The position numbers and the translations under genes were made by a program. A stretch of DNA of 33,506 nt from Bacilli bacterium (lineage in GTDB: Bacteria; Bacillota_I; Bacilli_A; RF39; UBA660), in the NCBI GenBank assembly GCA_045634565.1, contig JAZRAM010000107.1, forward strand, positions 1-33,506, given 5' to 3'. Within the stretch, counting starts at the first letter, position 1, and each line of letters starts with the position of its first letter. This document shows positions 19,155 to 26,451 of the stretch, in pieces. The notes under the pieces are model-generated. The model did no database searches, was not told where the DNA came from, and worked only from the letters and a program-made list of their open reading frames with translations.

Positions 19155-19837
19155 CATCTTTGTACATTAAATTGTGTTTTTGAACTAGTAGCACCACCAG
19201 TAAGCGCTTCTTTTTGAGATGTGAATGCTAAATCCATCCAAACTACTCCTTCATTTCTCCAAGCGCCTCTCATAGCAGATCCAGTATCTAATACGATCCC
19301 TGTAAACTTATCTAATGTTCCATTATCTACAGTAACTATTGTCCCACAAGGGAATGCAGTATGATCTGCAGCAAGTATTCTTACACTTCCATATTCATCA
19401 TCTGTGTAATACAATCCATCATATGTTAAACTATGATTTTTTCCTGATTCTGTTCTACAAGAAACATTTCCAACTTTACTACATCCTGGACAATCAGGAC
19501 CATATCCAGTAAGTTTACCTTTAAAGTTTCCTTGTTTTCCTGTTCCTACTTTAACAACTTCATTTTTCATATCGCTTAAATGTATATAATTTAAACCATC
19601 ATAAGTATAATCTAATCCATTTATACCTTCACTTACTACTATTGGTTCTGCATTAGAAGGCATATTTGATACATATATATAATCAGTTCCATAAGGTTCT
19701 ATTTCATTTAATACAGTTGCAGTCATATCTCCAACGTTATTATAAATAGTTGTTCCTGTATTTAACATTGTAACTGTTATTATAGCAACTATTGCACTTA
19801 TTGATAAAAATAATGAAAACTTAACTTTTTTTGTCAT
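19145..19837 (-). CDS. Membrane-anchored 3D-domain (MltA-like) cell-wall protein, YabE-like
   Basis: N-terminal TM helix, G5-like remnant NEVVKVGTG, TGYGPDCPGCS, LAAD, GIVLDTGSA, MDLAF; sits between tatD and rsmA like yabE. Start ATG 19837 after SD GAGGTG. Confidence 0.8.
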   Translation of the reverse strand: MTKKVKFSLFLSISAIVAIITVTMLNTGTTIYNNVGDMTATVLNEIEPYGTDYIYVSNMPSNAEPIVVSEGINGLDYTYDGLNYIHLSDMKNEVVKVGTGKQGNFKGKLTGYGPDCPGCSKVGNVSCRTESGKNHSLTYDGLYYTDDEYGSVRILAADHTAFPCGTIVTVDNGTLDKFTGIVLDTGSAMRGAWRNEGVVWMDLAFTSQKEALTGGATSSKTQFNVQRWGW

Positions 19838-19876
19838 TTTCTCACCTCTATCATACATAATGTAATTATACCATTT

Positions 19877-20623
19877 TTAAAGCTTTAAGTCAAATAATTG
19901 TATGGCATTAGAACTTGTCATATCTAATACTTCTTTAATATCTATACTTTTTAATTCAGTTATTTTTTGTGCTACAAAACAAATATTACTAGGATTATTT
20001 CTTTTACCCCTAAAAGGTTCAGGTGATAGATAAGGACTATCTGTTTCAAGTAGTATATCTTTTAAATTTATTTCTTTTACTATTTCTTGTAATTTTTTAG
20101 AGTTTTTAAAAGTTACAGTACCACCCACGCCTATTTTATATCCTAATTTAATAAATTCTTTAGCCATTTCTAAACTAGAACTAAAACAGTGTAGAGAACC
20201 ATTTAAATTATATTGTTTTAATATATCATAAGTATCTTGTATTGATTCTCTAGAGTGTACTACTATAGGTTTATTATACTTTGTAGCAATATCTAATTGT
20301 CTTTTAAATATATCTTGTTGTTTTTCTTTATTATCACTAACCCAATAATAATCTAAACCTATTTCTCCTATAGCGACTATTTTGGGATTATTTATATTTT
20401 TTTCTATAAATCTAAAACTATTTTCATCTATATTATCTACTTCTTCTGGATGTATACCTAAAGTACCATAAACATTATCATATTTATTTACTAATTCTAA
20501 AACTTCTTTATTTGTTTTATCATTACATCCACTAGCAATCATAATACCATCCATAGTTTTTATTATTTCATCTAAATTATCATAATCTTCATAACTTAAA
20601 TGACAATGCGTATCTATTAACAT
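19877..20623 (-). CDS. tatD: TatD family hydrolase
   Basis: IDTHCH, GIHP, IGEIGLDY, HSR, HCF, LLETDSPYL. Start ATG 20623. Confidence 0.95.
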   Translation of the reverse strand: MLIDTHCHLSYEDYDNLDEIIKTMDGIMIASGCNDKTNKEVLELVNKYDNVYGTLGIHPEEVDNIDENSFRFIEKNINNPKIVAIGEIGLDYYWVSDNKEKQQDIFKRQLDIATKYNKPIVVHSRESIQDTYDILKQYNLNGSLHCFSSSLEMAKEFIKLGYKIGVGGTVTFKNSKKLQEIVKEINLKDILLETDSPYLSPEPFRGKRNNPSNICFVAQKITELKSIDIKEVLDMTSSNAIQLFDLKL

Positions 20624-20632
20624 AAAACCACC

Positions 20633-20664
20633 AAAAAAATTATACCACACTTGATATAATTTTT
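20633..20664 (-). terminator. Terminator of the small ORF that also contains the tatD extended -10
   Basis: RNA AUUAUAUCA-AGUG-UGGUAUAAU followed by a U run; the 3' arm is TGGTATAAT. Confidence 0.55.
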
Positions 20665-20835
20665 CTATTTCTTTCTATTTGATAATTTAGCAATTATTAA
20701 AAATGCATAAAGAGTTATTAAATAACCTAATTCTAAATAATTCTTACTTACGATAAAACTGCCTAAAAGTAAATAAGTTACAAACATTACTGCTGATATC
20801 CAAAGATATTTTTCTACGTTTTTATTGTTTGACAT
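20665..20835 (-). CDS. Small 56-aa two-TM membrane protein (missed by the ORF track)
   Basis: MSNNKNVEKYLWISAVMFVTYLLLGSFIVSKNYLELGYLITLYAFLIIAKLSNRKK*; SD AAGGAG at 20846-20841; upstream TATG-A-TATATT; downstream terminator. Confidence 0.75.
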   Translation of the reverse strand: MSNNKNVEKYLWISAVMFVTYLLLGSFIVSKNYLELGYLITLYAFLIIAKLSNRKK

Positions 20836-20955
20836 ATTTTCTCCTTATCTATTTTAAAAATACAGCAAACCCAATATATCATATATAAATATAATAATAA
20901 ATAGTTTTTAATATTTTTTACTCGACAAATTACTACATTTTACATATTTGTTTAC

Positions 20956-20983
20956 AAAAAAAGAAAGAATTATTTTTCTTTCT
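20956..20983 (-). terminator. Terminator after metG
   Basis: AGAAAGAA/TTCTTTCT stem spanning the stop, followed by a T run. Confidence 0.5.
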
Positions 20984-22499
20984 CTATTCTTATGAATAAT
21001 GGTTTTGGATCATTTAAAGTATCTCCTACTTTTAATTTACCAAATTCTTTTATTGAATCATAGCTTGTTTCAGTAGTATTTAATTGTCTAAATATTTCTT
21101 CTGAAGTAGCTGGTAAGAAACTGTGTAATAATACTGCTCCTATTCTAATAGATTCAAGTAAGTTATAAATTACTTTCTTTAATCTATCTTTATTTTCTTC
21201 TTTAGCAAGTATCCAAGGAGTAGTTTCATCTATATATTTATTACATCTTTTAAATATATTAAATACTTCATCTATTGCATCTGCTACTCTTAAATCATCT
21301 ATACATTTTTCTACTTTACCTTTAGCACTCATTACTGTATTTATTAAATCTTCATCAACTGTATCAACAACATCACTATTAGAAACTACATTATCAAAAT
21401 ATTTTTTATTCATTGATATTGTTCTATTAACAAGGTTTCCTAGAATGTTAGCTAAATCTGAATTATATCTTTCTTCAAGTAGTTCATAAGTTAAATTACC
21501 ATCATTAGCAAAAGGTATTTCGTGTAGTACATAATATCTTACAGCATCTACACCATATTGCTCTGCTAAGTCATCTGCATATATAGCATTCCCTCTACTT
21601 TTACCTATTTTATCATTATTAGTTAAAAGCCATGGGTGTCCAAAGATTTGTTTTGGTAATTCTATATCTAAACTCCAAAGGAATGCTGGCCAATAAATAC
21701 TGTGAAATCTAACAATATCTTTTCCTATTAAGTGTAAATCAGCTGGCCAATATTTTTTAAATTCTTCACTTGGGTTATCTACATCATAACCAATATTAGT
21801 AATATAGTTTGTAAGTGCATCTAACCAAACATAAACAACGTGTTTAGGGTCAAAATCTACAGGTATTCCCCAATCAAAACTAGTTCTTGATACACATAAA
21901 TCTTGTAATCCAGGTTTAATAAAGTTATTTAACATTTCATTTCTTCTTGAATCTGGTTGTAAAAAGTTAGGATTTTCAGTTAAGAATTTTTCTAATCTAT
22001 CTTGATATTTAGATAATCTAAAGAAGTATGCTTGTTCACTTTTTTCACTAACTTCCCTACCACAATCTGGACACTTTCCATCTACAAGTTGAGACTCAGT
22101 CCAGAAAGATTCACAAGGAGTACAATATAATCCTTTATATTCATCTAAATAGATATCTCCTTTATCATACATTTTTTTAAATATCTTTTGAACTTGTTTT
22201 TCATGTATTTCATCTGTAGTTCTTACAAATCTATCATAACTAGTATTCATTGTGTCCCATATTCTTTTTATTTCACTAGCCACTTCATCTACAAACTCTT
22301 TTGGAGTTTTACCTTGATCTTTAGCTTTTAATTCTATTTTTTCTCCATGTTCATCTGTTCCTGTTTGAAAATAAACATCATAACCTTGTAATCTTTTAAA
22401 TCTAGCAATTGCATCTGCAAGTATTATCTCATAAGTATTTCCTATATGAGGTTTACCTGATGTATATGCAATAGCTGTTGAAATATAATATTTTTCCAT
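20970..22499 (-). CDS. metG: Methionine--tRNA ligase, short form without the C-terminal tRNA-binding domain
   Basis: PHIGN, TGTDEHG, CxxC...CPDC knuckle, YVWLDAL, GKDIVRFH, KIGKS. Start moved to ATG 22499 (MEKYYIS). Confidence 0.97.
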   Translation of the reverse strand: MEKYYISTAIAYTSGKPHIGNTYEIILADAIARFKRLQGYDVYFQTGTDEHGEKIELKAKDQGKTPKEFVDEVASEIKRIWDTMNTSYDRFVRTTDEIHEKQVQKIFKKMYDKGDIYLDEYKGLYCTPCESFWTESQLVDGKCPDCGREVSEKSEQAYFFRLSKYQDRLEKFLTENPNFLQPDSRRNEMLNNFIKPGLQDLCVSRTSFDWGIPVDFDPKHVVYVWLDALTNYITNIGYDVDNPSEEFKKYWPADLHLIGKDIVRFHSIYWPAFLWSLDIELPKQIFGHPWLLTNNDKIGKSRGNAIYADDLAEQYGVDAVRYYVLHEIPFANDGNLTYELLEERYNSDLANILGNLVNRTISMNKKYFDNVVSNSDVVDTVDEDLINTVMSAKGKVEKCIDDLRVADAIDEVFNIFKRCNKYIDETTPWILAKEENKDRLKKVIYNLLESIRIGAVLLHSFLPATSEEIFRQLNTTETSYDSIKEFGKLKVGDTLNDPKPLFIRIEKEK

Positions 22500-22512
22500 A
22501 ATATCCCTCTTT

Positions 22513-22989
22513 CTATTTATTTGTTGAGCCAAAAGCACCGTCTCTGACTCTGTCTGACTCTATATCATCATCTGTCTTCAAGTATTTCATAAATATGCCT
22601 TGAATCATTCCTTCACCTTTTTTTACTATATAATCTTTATCGCCTTCATTTTGAATTCTAATCCACATATGGCCTTCATTATTAGTATTATTATAGTAAT
22701 CTTGATCAATAACACCAACTTGATTGCACATTCGTACATTATACTTAAATCCCATACTACTTCTATCTATAAGAAATAATACATCATCACATTCCATACT
22801 AACTTTAACTCCAGTTGGAACTTTCATAGTTTCTCCAGGCTTTAATGTATAGTCATAAAGCGCGAAAAAATCATAACCTGCAGAAGTTTTAGTACTTCTT
22901 TTTGGTAAAATATATGATTCATATAATTCTTTATCATCTTTTATATCTTTTTTGAATTGTTCAAAACTAATCTTTTCAAACTTTCTCAT
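22513..22989 (-). CDS. dut: Trimeric dUTPase
   Basis: SAGYDF, RSSMG, GVIDQDYY, QGIF, RDGAFGST. Confidence 0.93.
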   Translation of the reverse strand: MRKFEKISFEQFKKDIKDDKELYESYILPKRSTKTSAGYDFFALYDYTLKPGETMKVPTGVKVSMECDDVLFLIDRSSMGFKYNVRMCNQVGVIDQDYYNNTNNEGHMWIRIQNEGDKDYIVKKGEGMIQGIFMKYLKTDDDIESDRVRDGAFGSTNK

Positions 22990-23005
22990 AATATCACACT
23001 CCTAT

Positions 23006-23210
23006 AAAAAAATCTCACATCCTAGTATAAGGACGTGAGAATACGTGGTACCACCTTAATTCGTGTATAAATACACCTTAAAACTATAACGTTGTTACCG
23101 TATTATATAAATATGCTCCAGACCCATTCGAGATACTTTGTATTACTTGCTTTCACCTAACCAAGTTCTCTAAAAAATACGCTTGTATCCTTCTTTCCTT
23201 CACTGCATTT
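23006..23210 (-). ncRNA. T-box riboswitch, probable Met (AUG) specifier, controlling dut-metG
   Basis: Stem I base AUGCAGUGA...GGAGCAU, AGAGA and GGUGAA distal elements, specifier region GAAUGG (AUG at 23127-23125), T-box AAUUAAGGUGGUACCACG (23061-23044), terminator UCUCACGUCCU-loop-AGGAUGUGAGA-U7. Confidence 0.93.
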
Positions 23211-23225
23211 GATTTCTTGAGTTAG

Positions 23226-23254
23226 ATTATAGCACACTTTTTATTATTGTTCAA
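23226..23254 (-). promoter_or_regulatory. sigmaA promoter of the T-box leader
   Basis: TTGAAC, 17 bp spacer, TATAAT with extended TG (TGCTATAAT). Confidence 0.75.
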
Positions 23255-23774
23255 GATATTTTGTCATAAAAGATGAAACTATTCCAGCCATCTGCATCTC
23301 TGCTTCGCTCATTTTTTCTTCTTCACTTATTATTAGTATCATACCTGTCGCTTCACCATTAACAAGTATAGTTGATAAAACATAACTACAACTAAGTTTT
23401 CCATCTTCAATAAAATTTAACTCTTTAAAATGATTTTCTAATATTTTATCTCTTCTTTTTATAGATTCTGTTATAAAATCACTTATATTTTTATTTAAAT
23501 ATTTTTTCTTTAAAGGACCACTTGCGGCCACTACTTGATCAGTATCAGTTATAAATATACTATGTTTCATAAATGTATATATTGCGTCTGTTAATTCTTG
23601 AGCTAAATCATTTATTTTATTCATCATAGAATATTTTTTTAATATAATATCTTCATTCACTACAAATATCTCTAAATTGTCTCCTTCTTTAATTCTTAAG
23701 TTTTTTCTTATCTCTTTTGGTATTACTACTCTTCCTAAATCATCTATTCTTCTTATTATTCCTGTCGCTTTCAT
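23244..23774 (-). CDS. spoVT: Stage V sporulation protein T (AbrB-type DNA-binding domain plus GAF-like domain)
   Basis: MKATGIIRRIDDLGRVVIPKEIRKNLRIKEGDNLEIFV, ILKKYS, ITDTDQVVAASG; full 176-aa SpoVT length, downstream of mfd. Confidence 0.9.
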   Translation of the reverse strand: MKATGIIRRIDDLGRVVIPKEIRKNLRIKEGDNLEIFVVNEDIILKKYSMMNKINDLAQELTDAIYTFMKHSIFITDTDQVVAASGPLKKKYLNKNISDFITESIKRRDKILENHFKELNFIEDGKLSCSYVLSTILVNGEATGMILIISEEEKMSEAEMQMAGIVSSFMTKYLEQ

Positions 23775-23790
23775 AAAATCCTCCTAAAAT

Positions 23791-23819
23791 TATTTTGTAT
23801 TAAATAATTTTATTTATTC
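23791..23819 (-). promoter_or_regulatory. sigmaG-like promoter of spoVT
   Basis: GAATA (23819-23815), 17 bp spacer, CAAAATA (23797-23791), just upstream of SD AGGAGG. Confidence 0.5.
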
Positions 23820-23822
23820 TAA

Positions 23823-23836
23823 AAAAGTGTTATAAT
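23823..23836 (+). promoter_or_regulatory. Extended -10 promoter of the transglutaminase-like gene
   Basis: AAAAGTGTTATAAT immediately upstream of SD GGTGA and ATG 23852. Confidence 0.6.
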
Positions 23837-23851
23837 TGATGTGGTGATTTT

Positions 23852-25266
23852 ATGGATATTCATATTTATATTGATTTTGACGAGAATGATAATGCTTTAT
23901 TAACTATTGATTTGCCTATAGAATTAATTGAAGTTAATGAAGAATTATATAGTGATTTTTGTCATCAACCTTTTTATACAGAAAAAGGAATAAAATTAAA
24001 TTATGAAAACATGCAAAAAGAACTTAATAATGTATTAGAACTTATAAAAAACAATTTAACTAATAAAGAAAAATTTAATAACACATTTAACATTTCTTAT
24101 AGTATAGATGATGATTTTCAAAACAAAGAGAATATTTTAAAATTTTTAAAACAAAACAAAGAATTTAAAATTACTTTGATAGCTAAAGAATACAAATATT
24201 TGATAAATAATTTTAAAGAAACTGAATTACCTAATCTAAATATTTGTTTTAAAAACAATTATGATCCTATTTCTTTTAAAAATTTTTATACTATGTATAA
24301 GTTTTTAGACGAAATAATAAATTTTGTAAAACATTATAATTTATCACCTTTAGAACAAGTTATGTTAGTTTATGATATTGTAAAATCACATGAGTATGTT
24401 AAAGAAAACGAAGGAGAAAGTCTTGGAACTTCAAGAAGTTTAAGTGAAATTATTAGTAGCGGTAAAATTGTTTGTGATGGGTTTGCTAATTTATTTAATT
24501 TTATATTAGATGAGTTAGGTATTGAAAATAAAAAAGTATATTTAAGTTACACAAACAAAGATGTTGGACATGCAAGAAATATGGTTCATTTAAAAGACGA
24601 TAAATATAATATTGATAGTTTCTTCATTACAGATGTTACTTTTGATTGTAAAAACGAAAAGAGAAATAAAAATTATTTAGATAATTACTATTACTTTTTA
24701 AAACCATTATGTTCATTTAATATGCCTGAAGAAGTCATCGAAAATCCAAAAGTATTAAATATTTTAAGAATGACTGATGAAAAAATTGAAGAACATCTAA
24801 AAACTTTACAACACCGCGATAAAACTTTGATTTTAATGCAATTAAATAGTTTATTACATGGAAATGAAACTAATCCTAGTATATATTTTAATAAGGAAGA
24901 AATTATTGATACAAAGGTTAGAGAAAAGATTAAAGATGCTAAAAAATTATTAAATAAACGAATGCCTGAAGAAGCTTTTAAAAATGCTCTTTATAAAATC
25001 AGAAAATTGAATATATAAATAATATTATAAAAAGAGAAATAACTGAAGAAGAAATCAATAATATATGTGATACTTTCTATAGTAATCTTGCAGAAACTAA
25101 ATTATTAAAGGCTCTGGATTTATACGAAAGTCCTAACTTAGAAAAAGATTTAGAAGAGGCAAACGCTAAATCTTCTGAAGAAGATTTATTAAGAATGAGA
25201 TTACTTAGAGCTATGAAAATTAAGTTAGAAGATTTACCAAAAAATGATTTTATTAAAAGAATGTAA
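23852..25266 (+). pseudogene. Transglutaminase-like (Cys-His-Asp) protein split by a frameshift near 25003-25006 (388 aa as read; about 471 aa if repaired)
   Basis: VCDGFANLF, GHARN and DVTFD triad motifs. Frame 0 stops at 25018; the -1 frame continues IEYINNIIKRE...FIKRM* to 25266, directly before a terminator. Confidence 0.7.
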
Positions 25267-25298
25267 AAAATAAAAGGTTTAATTACCCTTTTATTTTT
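25266..25298. terminator. Bidirectional terminator between convergent genes
   Basis: AAAAATAAAAGG...CCTTTTATTTTT inverted repeat. Confidence 0.7.
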
Positions 25299-26349
25299 GC
25301 ATTTTTTGATATTTTAATTCACCCATTTGAGAAGTTGGAACATACCCTGCTGGAGCATCTAATACGTCTGGTATTCTATTAACTATAGAAGCACAAGTAA
25401 GTTCTACTGTAGCTGGTCTAGTTACAACAAATGTTGTATCAGGTTCTCCATATACAGTCCATTCGTTCTTATCACAGTCAGTATCAGCATAAACCTTACC
25501 AATACATTCACTTTCTATTATGATTCCTTCTGCAGTTTCAGTTGTTACAACAGCACTCATACCAGTAGCATCCCCTGCTTTAACTGTCATATTAAGTGTT
25601 GATGAGTATATATCTTCACTATGAGTCATTGGAACACATTTTTGTGTTTGATGTATAGGAGTTAATCCTAATTTATCACATAACCATCCATTAGTATTCC
25701 ACATATAACTAGGAGCAAATTCTCCTTTTTCTATTATTTCTAATCTTTCTTCTTCACTCATTCTATCAAGACTTGCAACTTCTTTATCGAAAGCTTCTAA
25801 AGTAAGTCCAGCACCATGTGCTTGAGCAAGGGCAATACCATAGTCTTCTACATTATAAGAAGAAGATCCCTTAATTTTTGTAATATTATGAGTAGCACCT
25901 GCAATTGTGGTAATTAAATTGCCCCAGAAAGCATCTTGATATCCACTACCTGTAATAGTACAGTTAGTTTCTTTTGCTACTCTATCTAATTCTTCTGTAA
26001 TTCTAGGAGATGAATTTGCTGGATAAAATGCTTCTTCACAAGTTGTAATAGCATTTACTCCATTTTTAGCACATGTCATTAAAACACTCTCTAAGTCATT
26101 CATTAAACTCATAGTAGTAACTATAGCAATATTAGGTTTAACTTCTTTTAATAATGAATCTAATTCACTAACATTTCTTATTGTTACTCCTAAATCTTCA
26201 CAGCCTATAACACTACTTACATCTTTCCCAATTACTTCTGGATTGATATCTACTGCACCTACTATTTCACAGCCATTTTCAATGGCATATCTCATAGTAT
26301 AGATAGACATCTTTCCACAACCAATTTGAACAAATTTTGTTTTTTCCAT
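25291..26349 (-). CDS. NAD(P)-dependent amine dehydrogenase, 2,4-diaminopentanoate dehydrogenase (Ord)/DapB-like family
   Basis: Rossmann QIGCGKMS, GVNAITTCEE, TITGSG, VNRIPDVLDAPAG C-terminus. Start ATG 26349 after SD AAGGAG. Confidence 0.75.
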   Translation of the reverse strand: MEKTKFVQIGCGKMSIYTMRYAIENGCEIVGAVDINPEVIGKDVSSVIGCEDLGVTIRNVSELDSLLKEVKPNIAIVTTMSLMNDLESVLMTCAKNGVNAITTCEEAFYPANSSPRITEELDRVAKETNCTITGSGYQDAFWGNLITTIAGATHNITKIKGSSSYNVEDYGIALAQAHGAGLTLEAFDKEVASLDRMSEEERLEIIEKGEFAPSYMWNTNGWLCDKLGLTPIHQTQKCVPMTHSEDIYSSTLNMTVKAGDATGMSAVVTTETAEGIIIESECIGKVYADTDCDKNEWTVYGEPDTTFVVTRPATVELTCASIVNRIPDVLDAPAGYVPTSQMGELKYQKMQK

Positions 26350-26411
26350 AATTCTCCTTTCTATAGTACATACCATAGTACTATCTACCATAATTTTATT
26401 ATAAATTATAT

Positions 26412-26451
26412 AAAAAAAGCAAGTAAAAATTATTATTTTTTTACTTGCTTT
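26412..26451 (-). terminator. Terminator after mfd
   Basis: 14-bp inverted repeat AAAGCAAGTAAAAA/TTTTTACTTGCTTT with a T run. Confidence 0.75.

Noticed and set aside
23244-23774. AbrB call for this gene
   Set aside because: The 176-aa length with a GAF-like C-terminal domain fits SpoVT; AbrB is about 95 aa.
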